DNA of 64,000 nucleotides. It comes from Neocallimastix sp. 'constans'. Its lineage: Eukaryota. Location of the stretch: contig JBODTK010000149.1 of the NCBI GenBank assembly GCA_050613775.1, positions 248,001 to 312,000 of the forward strand. The letters are read 5' to 3'. The notes beneath the pieces were generated by a model that saw nothing but the letters and a program-made list of their open reading frames with translations, did not search any database and was not told the DNA's origin. The position numbers and the translations under genes are program-made. Positions 1-10,986 of this stretch are shown piece by piece; the first letter of the stretch is position 1; the number at the start of each line of letters is the position of its first letter.

Positions 1-126
1 AAAAAAAAAGTATTTTCAATTCAAAGAGTCACAATTGAGGCTCAACAATTTTATTTGTAACCTTGGATATACTTTTAAGTGGTAACTTTGTCATAAATAA
101 ATTGAACTCAAATTTATGCTCTAATT

Positions 127-171
<45 letters not shown>

Positions 172-200
172 TATTATTTATAAATTTTTAATATCTGATT

Positions 201-467
201 TGTTAAATATCACAGTTATGTGTTTAATTACATTGTACATTATACTACATTATTAAGTGTAAAATATTTCTTTTATTCGATAATATAATGTAGTGTAACG
301 TTAAATGTTACCAATAATGTTAGACTAGAAAATAAATATTAATAACATGTAATAACATATTCTTAAATGAATAAGGTCTTTCTAAATGTAAAAGCAATAA
401 ATAAATAAATAAATAAATAAACACATAATAAAATATAAATATCTGAATTTAAGTGTTATATTTAACA
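201..467 (+). repeat. 5' LTR (267 bp)
   Basis: Near-identical to the 3' LTR segments 5725-5755 plus 6455-6699; TG...CA ends with a short terminal inverted repeat (TGTTAAATA/TATTTAACA). Confidence 0.96.
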
Positions 468-483
468 GATTAAGAGTCTCATG
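468..483 (+). promoter_or_regulatory. Primer-binding site complementary to the tRNA-Lys(CUU) anticodon arm (half-tRNA type)
   Basis: GATTAAGAGTCTCATG abuts the LTR end; reverse complement CATGAGACTCTTAATC is a tRNA-Lys CTT anticodon arm sequence; no TGG (anti-CCA) start. Confidence 0.85.
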
Positions 484-585
484 ACTCAATAATTCATTAA
501 CAATTGCTGATATCAAAATCTAATATATTAAATATTAAACATTCATTAAATATTAAAATAAAGAAATATTGGCAGCCACATTAAA

Positions 586-3500
586 ATGACTAAATCAGAT
601 AATTCAACAGTTACGGGGAGTTCTTCAAAAACTTCTTCAAAGACAACAAAGACTACAAATACATCGAGTACAACAATGAATGATACTCTTGTCGAAGTAG
701 AACCTCCAAATATTCAAACCAACACAATTAATAAATTTCACATTCAAAACTTTAGAATTACAAATGAAAACTTTCACAAATGGCATTCAGACTTAAAATT
801 ATTCCTTGATTCTGAAGAATTGGGTGATTATATATCAAAGAATATCAAAGATATAAACACAAATAAAAAACATTTAAAATATGACAGTACAGTCAGAATT
901 ATAATATTAAACAGCCTCGACGAATATACAAAAAGCTTATTAAATAATTGTACAAGTGCCTACTTAATGATAAAGGAATTAAAGGAAAGATTTTCAGAAA
1001 CAGGCCCTTCAAGATTATTTGAAATTGAAATGAAGATAAAAAAGCTAGAAATCGAAAACGATGACTTCAAACTGTATTTAGATAATCTTAACTTATTATT
1101 TACAGAATACAATAACGAGGCAAAATCTCAAAATAAGCCAGAACTAAGTGAAGAAACAAAAGTCTTGTATTCTTTAGAGGAACTAAATAAAGTCGGCATC
1201 GCATATTCATTCACATTTCTATATGTTGAAAAGACATTTAAGGATTTAAAAGAAGACATAACAAAACTAAGTACCATAATTAAGAAAAGTAAAAGTATTA
1301 AACGAGTAGAAATCAAGGAAACATATCAACACGAAGATCAAATTAATAGAGTCCGAAATGGGAAACTCCCATATAATTTTAATAAAGAAGCAAATTCCAA
1401 CGAATACTGTCAATATTGCCATAAAAATGGGCACACTACTGATAACTGTTTCTTCAATCCATCGAATTCACCAAATAATAACTATAGAGGAGAAAAGAAA
1501 AATATTAATAATAAGTCAAGAAACAAAATTAAAATTAAAAGAACATCTTTAAACAGGAAAGGTAGTAAAAGAAACTTCAAATTTTATAACGTTAATTATG
1601 AAGAACAAAACAATTCGAATTCAGATTCAGATCCTTCATTCGACTTCTGCTTCAATATAAAAACTAATTGTGTAAAAGATAATTTTAATAACAGTTCAAT
1701 AACTTCCAGGAACATAAGGGTAAATAAAGTAACTACCGAAATCTTAAAAGAAGAAAATAATATTATGGAAGATAACAATATAGAATCATGGATCATTGAT
1801 AGTGGAACAGGGATTAATTTATCTAAGAATATAAAAATACTATCAAACATTGAAGAAGTTGCTAATAGAGGAATTACATACCCAAACGGACAATCCGATA
1901 GAATATACAAAAAGGGTATGTACAAAGGGATGTATAAAAATAATAATTTTTCTATTGGAGAAGTATTTTATGCTCCAAACATACAAAATAATTTAATTTC
2001 CACTCATTACCTATGTAAAAAAGGCTTCAAATTAGTAATGGATATGCATAACAATAAAGAAAGACTCCAAATATTTAAAAATAATAAACTAATTACTACC
2101 GTTTATACAAATGATGAAAACCTCTTTACTTTAAATACAAGCTCAATGAAAAATAAAGATTATAATATAAACAATGTCGATTTAAAATTATGGCATGCTA
2201 GATTAGGCCACTATTACAATCAAAATCTTCAAAAATTTCTAGAAAACAACAACATTAAGGAAGAAAAGAATGATAATATAAATTGTGAAGATTGCAAAAT
2301 AAGTAAACTCAAGAAAAAACCATTCAACAAAACAATCAACAAAAGTTCCTCACCATTACAAGTCGTTCATTCTGATATCGTCGGACCACTAAAGCCTTCA
2401 CCATCATTTAGTGGATACAAATATTATATAACATTCGTAGATGATTTCAGTAGAAAATGTTGGGTCTACTTACTGAAACACAAATCTGAAGCAGTACAAA
2501 AATTTATTGAGTTTCATAAACTTATGAAAAATACTTGTAATTACAATATAAAAGAAGTAAGATCTGATAACGGTTTAGAATATAACAATTCTAATTTTAT
2601 AAATTATCTTAAAAATAATGGAATTATATTCAATCATTCAACACCAGGTAATCCCCAACAAAATGGTCGCGCTGAAAGAATTAATCAAACATTAGATAAC
2701 TGCGCGAAAACACTACTTAGTGCAGCTAAATTATCACCTATTTTATGGGATGAAGCTATTAAATGTACATGTATATTGTATAATTTAAATCCGCATCAAG
2801 GAATTAATTTTAAAATCCCGAACGAGGTATTTTTTAATAAGAAAATTGATATATCTAAACTTAAAGTGTTTGGATGTAAAATATTTTTCCTTAATAGATA
2901 CAAACAAGGAAAATTTGAAAATAATACAAAACCAGGTATTTTCTTAGGATACTCATCAGATTCCCCAGGTTATCGTGTCCTCGACACTACTTCAAAAACA
3001 ATAATTATAGTTCGTGGCGCATACTTCAATGAAAGTACTCTAGGTTCACTTGGCACATCATTTTTTCATTCCTCAAATCCTTCAGATAAACAAATTGAGG
3101 GGGAACAGGACTCACAACATGATTCACAACATCAATTTAGTCAATCTATTTATCATAATGAATTTGAAAGGAATGAAAACAAACCGAATAAAATTAATAT
3201 TGAAGATAATATTGATTTAATGGATGAATACAATAATGAAAACATGTTAGACAATAATTCAGAAAACGAAATAATTAATGAAGACATAATTAATGAAAAC
3301 ATAATTAATGAAAATAAAATTAATGAAGACATAATCAATGAAAATAAAATTAATGAAGACAAAATTAATGATGATAAAATCAATGAAGATAAAATTAACG
3401 AAAATCAAAATTTAGCTGAAAAACAAGAAGAAATACTCAAAAATTCAAATATTGAAGATAATATAAAAGTTTCATCAAACGAAAACCATGCCAAAATCCT

Positions 3501-5703
3501 ACATGATAATAGTAAAAGTAATGAAAATAACACTATTATTAATAGAAATAACGATAATAACATAAAGGGTATAAAAATCACAAAAAATGATTTTTTGAAC
3601 AAAAATGTGAAAAAAAGTTTTATTAATAAAAATTTGAATAAAAATTTCAAAAATTTCAAATTTAAGAATAAATTAAAAATTTCAAACCTTAATAATTATA
3701 AAAATTTATCTAAATCAAACCTTAATAATTATGAAATTTTAGACCAGAAACTTATTGAGAATAGAATTGAAAGCAATCATAAAAATCTGGCTAATACGAA
3801 GATGAATGAAAAATCAAATTTGGAAAATAATAAAATATATGATAATAATAAAATGAATGACTATAATTCAGAGAATGAATCTGAGGACAGTTTTAGTGAT
3901 CTGGAACCTTTAGATAAAAGAAAACTAAGAAAGAACAAAGAAAAGAACTTTAAATTTAATATTAAAAGAAATAATAAAATTTTCGATAAACTAGTAAACA
4001 AAAATGATAAAATTGATAACGAGAAAACAAAAAACTATCGAAAAAGAAAAAGAAAAAATTATCAATTGAATGAAGAAAGAAAAATAAAAGAAAGAGTATC
4101 TACATCAAATAAACCATTTTTTGAAAGGAAAACAGACTCAGATGAAAACGAAAGACGCAAGAGAAATAGAGTCAATAACATTAATACATTAATTCCCAAG
4201 AATTATGAAGAAGCTATGAATTCAGAAAATGCGGACAAATGGAAAGACGCAATTAACAAAGAATTACAAAATTTATATGGAAATAATGTAATGAAAATTG
4301 TTGAAAATAAAAATATCCCAAAAGGCATTAAGCCACTCGACGTTAAATGGGTTTTTACTATAAAAGATAATGGTATATATAAAGCTAGATTGGTCGTCAA
4401 AGGTTTTCGACAAATTAAAGGAGTTGATTATAACTGCACCTATTCTCCTTCAATAGAAATGGATAGTTTTAGATTAACTATTGCTATTGCATCTATATAT
4501 AAATGGGATTTAAGACAAATCGATATTAAAGCTGCATATTTGAACGCTAAATTAGATGAGAAAATTTATGTACAAATTCCAATCGGTGATAAAAATTTCA
4601 ATTGTGGAAAATCAGGATTATTACGAAAGGCTCTCTATGGACTCAAACAAGCTGGAAGACAATGGTTTTACGAAATCTCCGGTTTTCTTAAGAAAATTGG
4701 GTTAATTCAATATAATACAGATAGTTGTTTATTTGGTAAATATAAAAATAATAAATTATGCTTATTACTAACACTCTATGTTGATGATATACTAATTGCA
4801 GGAGAGAATAAAGAAATTACCAAAGTTGTTTCAAAGATAAAACGTAAATACAAAGTCTCCACAGATAAATCAGCAAACAAAATTATTGGAATCAATATAG
4901 TTAAAACAAATAAAGGCTACAAAATTAATCAAAAAGATTATATTGAAAAAATGTTAACTAACTACAACATAAACAATACTAAAATAACTAGAATACCATG
5001 TATTAATGCAAAATTAGAAGATAGAGAAAACTCTGAGAAAATTAACAAAACTGATTATAAAAGATTGATTGGATCTCTATTATATGTATCAATAAAAACA
5101 AGACCTGACATAGCATTTGCAGTAAATCAAGCTGCAAGATTTTCTGAGAATCCAACAAAAGCTGATTTGAATGCAGGTATACAAATACTAAAATATCTTA
5201 AAAGTACCAAGGACTATTCAATTCATTATAACGGAAAGAAAATTTTAAGAGCTTATTGTGATGCAGATTTCGCTGGTGATGAGGTTAAAAGAAGATCCAC
5301 TTCAGGATATATTTTTGTATTAGGAAATAGCCCAATATCATGGAAATCAATTACACAGAAAAATATAGCCTTATCAACCACAGAAGCCGAATACTCAAGC
5401 TTAATAGAATGTACCAAACAAGCTATATGGATAAGAAGATTAGTTAATGAAATATTTAACAAAAACATTAGAATTAATATTAGAATAGATAATAAACCAT
5501 GTAAGGATATAGCTGAAAATGAAAACCAAAAGGGACGATGCAAATATATGGATATAAAATACAAATATGTTCAAGATGAAATTATGAAAAATGAAATTAA
5601 ATTAACACTCATTGGTTCTAACTCAATGATGGCAGATCCATTAACCAAAAGTACTTCTGGACCCAAGCTTAAATATTTCTCAGACTTCATCATGGAAATG
5701 TAG
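586..5703 (+). CDS. Copia-type Gag-Pol polyprotein (1705 aa)
   Basis: Zinc knuckle CQYCHKNGHTTDNC; protease WIIDSG; WHARLGH; integrase VHSDIVG/RSDNGLEY/NGRAERIN; RT YKARLV, DIKAAYL, LYGLKQ, YVDD; RNase H YCDADFAGD, RRSTSGY, MADPLTK; no stops. Confidence 0.98.
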   Translation: MTKSDNSTVTGSSSKTSSKTTKTTNTSSTTMNDTLVEVEPPNIQTNTINKFHIQNFRITNENFHKWHSDLKLFLDSEELGDYISKNIKDINTNKKHLKYDSTVRIIILNSLDEYTKSLLNNCTSAYLMIKELKERFSETGPSRLFEIEMKIKKLEIENDDFKLYLDNLNLLFTEYNNEAKSQNKPELSEETKVLYSLEELNKVGIAYSFTFLYVEKTFKDLKEDITKLSTIIKKSKSIKRVEIKETYQHEDQINRVRNGKLPYNFNKEANSNEYCQYCHKNGHTTDNCFFNPSNSPNNNYRGEKKNINNKSRNKIKIKRTSLNRKGSKRNFKFYNVNYEEQNNSNSDSDPSFDFCFNIKTNCVKDNFNNSSITSRNIRVNKVTTEILKEENNIMEDNNIESWIIDSGTGINLSKNIKILSNIEEVANRGITYPNGQSDRIYKKGMYKGMYKNNNFSIGEVFYAPNIQNNLISTHYLCKKGFKLVMDMHNNKERLQIFKNNKLITTVYTNDENLFTLNTSSMKNKDYNINNVDLKLWHARLGHYYNQNLQKFLENNNIKEEKNDNINCEDCKISKLKKKPFNKTINKSSSPLQVVHSDIVGPLKPSPSFSGYKYYITFVDDFSRKCWVYLLKHKSEAVQKFIEFHKLMKNTCNYNIKEVRSDNGLEYNNSNFINYLKNNGIIFNHSTPGNPQQNGRAERINQTLDNCAKTLLSAAKLSPILWDEAIKCTCILYNLNPHQGINFKIPNEVFFNKKIDISKLKVFGCKIFFLNRYKQGKFENNTKPGIFLGYSSDSPGYRVLDTTSKTIIIVRGAYFNESTLGSLGTSFFHSSNPSDKQIEGEQDSQHDSQHQFSQSIYHNEFERNENKPNKINIEDNIDLMDEYNNENMLDNNSENEIINEDIINENIINENKINEDIINENKINEDKINDDKINEDKINENQNLAEKQEEILKNSNIEDNIKVSSNENHAKILHDNSKSNENNTIINRNNDNNIKGIKITKNDFLNKNVKKSFINKNLNKNFKNFKFKNKLKISNLNNYKNLSKSNLNNYEILDQKLIENRIESNHKNLANTKMNEKSNLENNKIYDNNKMNDYNSENESEDSFSDLEPLDKRKLRKNKEKNFKFNIKRNNKIFDKLVNKNDKIDNEKTKNYRKRKRKNYQLNEERKIKERVSTSNKPFFERKTDSDENERRKRNRVNNINTLIPKNYEEAMNSENADKWKDAINKELQNLYGNNVMKIVENKNIPKGIKPLDVKWVFTIKDNGIYKARLVVKGFRQIKGVDYNCTYSPSIEMDSFRLTIAIASIYKWDLRQIDIKAAYLNAKLDEKIYVQIPIGDKNFNCGKSGLLRKALYGLKQAGRQWFYEISGFLKKIGLIQYNTDSCLFGKYKNNKLCLLLTLYVDDILIAGENKEITKVVSKIKRKYKVSTDKSANKIIGINIVKTNKGYKINQKDYIEKMLTNYNINNTKITRIPCINAKLEDRENSEKINKTDYKRLIGSLLYVSIKTRPDIAFAVNQAARFSENPTKADLNAGIQILKYLKSTKDYSIHYNGKKILRAYCDADFAGDEVKRRSTSGYIFVLGNSPISWKSITQKNIALSTTEAEYSSLIECTKQAIWIRRLVNEIFNKNIRINIRIDNKPCKDIAENENQKGRCKYMDIKYKYVQDEIMKNEIKLTLIGSNSMMADPLTKSTSGPKLKYFSDFIMEM

Positions 5704-5716
5704 AAAATGCCAATGT

Positions 5717-5724
5717 AGGGGGAA
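5717..5724 (+). promoter_or_regulatory. 3' polypurine tract
   Basis: AGGGGGAA immediately before the TG of the 3' LTR. Confidence 0.9.
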
Positions 5725-6699
5725 TGTTAAATATCACAGTTATGTGTTTAATTACTGTAAAGATGTGATTATCCCAATCACATTTTAAATTAAAAATTTT
5801 TCTTGTGTAATTCAAAAATGTAAATTATTCTTTGATTTATAAAATAATAAGCAAAGTAAATAAATCATATGAACTAAATTTTTGAATTATATTCTTTAAG
5901 CCACAAGATAAATTTTTAATGTAATAATTTTTATAAAATTTAATTCTGAGAAAATTATTGTTGTAAAATAATTTAATTAAAGTTTAAAACAAAATAAATT
6001 AATAATTTATTTTGTGAAAAGTAAGTTTCAAAATTTAATCATGACTCCTTTAACATTGTTTTTAAATCGAAAATAAATAAAGACTTTACTTATAATATTA
6101 AAATAATAAATAGATAATAAATGTACTTAATTTTAATTATTTAGTATTTAGTTTAATTAATAATTATATTTTTCTAAATTTAGATATAGTTTATAAATTT
6201 ATTATTTAATAAAATTCATTAGGATAGTTTTATATTAAAATATATGTAATTTAAATAAAATAATATATTATCAATGTATTTAGGAAAAGTATAAATAGAA
6301 GATACTTTTCACATTTTTTCTCGATGTAATTGTTATTTTAACGAATAACTATTAAATATTAATAAAATATATTTTAATAAAAAATTTTTTAATAAAATAA
6401 AATTTATTGTATTTTGTTATTGTAATCTATTTTTGTGTTTTCTTTTACAATTACATTGTACATTATACTACATTATTAAGTGTAAAATATTTCTTTTATT
6501 CGATAATATAATGCAGTGTAACGTTAAATGTTACCAATAATGTTAGACTAGAAAATAAATATTAATAACATGTAATAACATATTCTTAAATGAATAGGGT
6601 CTTTCTAAATGTAAAAGCAATAAATAAATAAATAAATAAATAAATAAACACATAATAAAATATAAATATCATTTCTGAATTTAAGTGTTATATTTAACA
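5725..6699 (+). repeat. 3' LTR, interrupted by a nested solo LTR
   Basis: 5725-5755 matches the first 31 bp of the 5' LTR; the match resumes at 6455 and runs to 6699. Confidence 0.95.
5756..6449 (+). mobile_element. Solo LTR of a different retrotransposon family (694 bp)
   Basis: TGTAAAGA...TCTTTTACA termini; 5-bp TSD ATTAC (5751-5755 and 6450-6454); TATAAATAG at ~6290 and AATAAA at ~6361; absent from the 5' LTR. Confidence 0.9.
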
Positions 6700-7790
6700 T
6701 GATTTATTCTAATACAATTTTAATTTTTTAAAAAAAGGCAGAACTATTTTCAAACTTTATTTTTAAATAATTTTAAAGATTATTATGGTAAATTTTACAA
6801 TAAATTAAAAAAATAAAATAAAATAGATTTTTAAATTAAATATTTTTACAAAGTAATTAATAATATATATTTTCTTAAATCGTCAATGATTGTGTTATAT
6901 TTATTTAATTTGCGTTTATTTTTTTTTTTTATCTTATTTTATTTTCAATTATTATTTAATCTATTTAATTCAATTTTTTATTTTAATTTTTTAAAAAAAA
7001 AGAAAAAAATTAAATCTACTATGAAATTATTAGGTATTTCGAATCTCTAAATTGATAAATACATAATATATATTATACAATGTAAATTTTAATAAAAAAT
7101 ATGAATGAAATTGGTTTTTATTTAATAATAATATAATTATATTCAAACATTGTATTTTATACGAAATATTAAAAAGGAGATTACTCTATTATCTTTATAA
7201 CTATTTCAAATGAATTCAGTAATTCTTAGTAGTCATTATTTTTTACTGGATAAACAATTATCATTAGATACTCTTTTTGGATAATATATATAATCAAATA
7301 AGTATCTTTAAAATTCATAAATTATATAAATCGGGAGATATTAATTTTGAATTAGAATTCAGATTAAGAAATAAATACACCTTTATCAATATTAATGATT
7401 TCATTTAATTGTAAGAGTTGTCAATACTACGAGTACCTATTTAAAGAAAATAAAACGACCAGATACAAAATTATATATTAAATCAAGCTATTTAGCTAAT
7501 ATAAATGATGATCAAGATATAAAGCCTAGAAAATGAAAAAGAAAAGGAAAAAGGAAAAAAGAAAATATAAAAAATGCAAATATTTTGAAGCTCCATACAT
7601 ATGTCGATGCCAACTCAGAAAAAGAAATCACCGAAAAACGCTTAAAGAAAAAGTTGAATTCACCAAAAAAAGATGATACTGATGACAGCTTATTATTTTG
7701 TTTATAAAATTATACTTTGATTCGTATCACCATTTATCCAAATATTATACAAAACATTAAATTAAAAGATTCGTTTAATATTGCAACGTG

Positions 7791-7824
<34 letters not shown>

Positions 7825-8407
7825 TTTAATAATTTCAATTATAGTGACGTTTAAAGGATGTTCAACAATAGTAGTCAAAATATCAATGGGAATATTTATA
7901 GTTCTTTTTATGGATTATAGCTTATTTAATGATAATATCGATTCTCCTTACATAAAATATTGATAATGTATTTGATACACATAAAAATACATTTTTAACT
8001 AATTTAACAGAATATTATGAAAATGCAATTAATAGTGAAAAAAAAAAAAAATAAAAATAAAAATATTTAAAACAAAAAAAAAAAGTTTAATATAATTAGT
8101 CAAATATTCGATAAAACCATTTTCATTTCTTAATCCATCTCAAAACCTATATACTTCTTATTTGAAAGTTATTATATTTTCACATTCAAACGACTAGCTA
8201 ATTATAAAATAAATTAAAGACATGTCATTGCAAGATTAAATAAACATCATTATTATTATAAAACTAACTGCGTCAGACTTTTAAACTAATATCTTTTGTA
8301 TTCTATTTTATATAATTTTTATGCGAAATTACTAATATTAATAATTCAATAATATCTATTTATATTATGTCTAATTGTCCTCGACTATGTGTAATAATTT
8401 TAAAATA

Positions 8408-8438
<31 letters not shown>

Positions 8439-8490
8439 TTTAAATAAAACTGAAGTATTCTAAATTTCTACACAAACTTATAGAGTCAGA

Positions 8491-8653
8491 ATGAGACTCT
8501 TAATCTGATAAAAATCTCAATATTTGTTTATTTGCTAACTTTATTTATTTTGAAGCAAAAGGCTCATTTTGTTTAATAATACATAATTTAATGCTATTTA
8601 TATATACAAAATATATTTGATGGATCATATCTATTTCAATACATTAAATAACA
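8491..8653 (-). mobile_element. Remnant 5' LTR end plus tRNA-Lys PBS of a second copia-like element (far boundary uncertain)
   Basis: Minus strand reads ...GATTTTTATCA|GATTAAGAGTCTCAT, preceded by TATATAAATAG and AATAAA motifs; LTR sequence unrelated to 201-467. Confidence 0.6.
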
Positions 8654-8873
8654 TGTTTTCATATTAACTATATAAAAGAGGTTTATAAATATGAAAAAAA
8701 ATTTTTTTTCAAAACGATATTCATAAACTATATAAACTATATATTATTATAATATATCCTATTAGTATATAATAAACTATTTAATATTTAAAAATTAAAT
8801 GATGTAATGATTCTTTTATTATTAACTTCAATTAAATTAATATATAAATAAATATAAATATTTAAAAGTTTAC

Positions 8874-8927
<54 letters not shown>

Positions 8928-9472
8928 TCCAATATAATGTTACTTTTTATTAAACAAATATAAAAGTTTTATTTCTATTAGTTTTTTTTTTTTTTTTATT
9001 AAAAAAAATGAAAATTTTATTTTTTTCTTGTATTTGTCTTTTTAATTTTTCTTTTATTTTTAATATAACATTAAATAATAAATTCATATATTTAATTACT
9101 GATGAAATTTATAAAAAAATGGCTAGATTGATAACAATAAATAATAAATAATGTATATAAATATAAATTTTAAATATACTTAAAATAAATTATGAATAGA
9201 TAAAATATTTATTGCTGATATTCTAATACAGCTTTTTAAATAATTTACGTAATTCATTTCTTTATGAATCAATAAATTCAAAATTAACAACTAATTTATA
9301 GTTATAAATATTTCATTTAAAATTGAAAAAAAAAAGATTATTTTATTATAGTTTAAAATATATCTTTATTAATATTTTAAGTATTTAAATAACAAGTACT
9401 AATATTAATATCAATAAAATATATTATTAATTATATAAATTGAATCAGATATGGCTAGTCCATTTATCGAAC

Positions 9473-9504
<32 letters not shown>

Positions 9505-10281
9505 CAATAGTAAATTCTATTAAATTAAATGTTTATTGAATTTAAGATAGTTAATATATGTGTATAAAGAAAATAATTATAAATATAAAGATAAAAAAAA
9601 TTGGAAAAGTTTTTAATTGCGTATTAACATCATTAGAGTCAATTAATATTTCAAATAAGCAATAAATTTAGGTACCTTAATTGAGACAATTGAAAGAAAA
9701 AACATCTTAAAATTTATTTTTTATTTTTAGTTTTATTTTTTTTTTTTATCTACAAAATTAAAAAATAAATTAAAATATATAATTTAGTTATTATTGAAAT
9801 TGGTACAGTACAGTAGTAATTTTATTATTGATTTAATTAAGTTAAATCAATTATAAAATAACCGATTTTTTATTTTTGTTTTTTTATTTAAATACATCAA
9901 TATTTTTTCTTATTATATTTCTATTCTGTAATAACAATTTTAAGTAATTTATTTAATTTTAATACTTAATACATATATATTTTATCTATTTTTTTATATT
10001 CATTATATGAAAAATTTAAAAGTTTTCTTTAATTTAGAGATTTTAGAAATATAAGATTTTTTTTTTTTTTTAAAAAAAAATTAAAATTAAATTTATTAAA
10101 ATACTGATTAGGTTTAATAAAATGTATTGTCAATATTTTAAAATTTTAAACATGAGTTGTACAAAATCTATTAAATTATAGATATATTTTAAATAATTAA
10201 TTAAAGAAAAAGAAATAAATAAAAAAAATTATTTTTTCTAAAAATCATAATAATTATTTTTTTTCTAGTATTTTCTTAAAA

Positions 10282-10312
<31 letters not shown>

Positions 10313-10374
10313 TTTTTAAAAAAAAAAATATAATTATATTTATAATAATAGTTATCATAATAATAGACAAAAAA

Positions 10375-10986
10375 ATGCCAAAAGTTTTAGAGCTTAATGA
10401 ATTTTTAGAATTTTTAAATAAAGGGGAAGTGGTTAAATTTGGTTCTGATGTTCATCATTCTTTTCATCATTACAGTGTGGAAGCCCATAAACTAACTCAT
10501 GAATTAAATTCTAAATATCATTCCAGAGATGAAGCAAGAGAAATTTTTTCAAATATTATTGGAAAAAAGTTAGATGAAACTTTCGGTATTTTCCCTCCCT
10601 TTCAAACTGAATTTGGTAAAAATATTCATGTAGGTAAACATGTTTTTATCAATAGTGGTTGTACTTTTCAAGATCATGGTGGTATTTATATCGAAGATAA
10701 TGTTCTCATTGGTCATAATGTTGTTCTAGCAACTTTAAATCATGTTGAAGATCCTGAACACAGAACTGATTCCATACCTAAACCTATTCATATTAAAAAA
10801 GGTGTTTGGATTGGATCTAATTCAACTATTCTTCAAGGTGTTACTATTGGTGAAAATTCTATTGTAGCCGCTGGTGCTGTGGTTACTCATGATGTTCCAC
10901 CAAATTGTATAGTGGGAGGTGTTCCTGCCAAATTTATTAGAAAAATTAAAACATCTAATTTAAGAATGGAATCTTCAAAACTATAA
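10375..10986 (+). CDS. Sugar O-acetyltransferase, maltose/galactoside acetyltransferase-like (hexapeptide left-handed beta-helix), intronless
   Basis: FPPFQTEFGKNIHVGKHVFINSGCTFQD, VWIGSNSTILQGVTIGENSIVAAGAVVTHDVP, GGVPAKFIR motifs; AAAAAATG start context. Confidence 0.93.
   Translation: MPKVLELNEFLEFLNKGEVVKFGSDVHHSFHHYSVEAHKLTHELNSKYHSRDEAREIFSNIIGKKLDETFGIFPPFQTEFGKNIHVGKHVFINSGCTFQDHGGIYIEDNVLIGHNVVLATLNHVEDPEHRTDSIPKPIHIKKGVWIGSNSTILQGVTIGENSIVAAGAVVTHDVPPNCIVGGVPAKFIRKIKTSNLRMESSKL

Larger units (their letters stand above)
201..6699 (+). mobile_element. Full-length Ty1/copia LTR retrotransposon
   Basis: TGTTAAATAT...TATTTAACA termini; 5-bp TSD TGATT at 196-200 and 6700-6704; PBS directly after the 5' LTR; PPT directly before the 3' LTR; gag-PR-IN-RT-RH order. 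Confidence 0.98.

Noticed and set aside
1128..5564. Short antisense or out-of-frame ORFs within the retrotransposon
   Set aside because: Shadows of the gag-pol frame with no motifs
8485..8510. tRNA-Lys gene
   Set aside because: Only the anticodon-arm sequence is present, with no T-arm or acceptor stem; better explained as a minus-strand PBS
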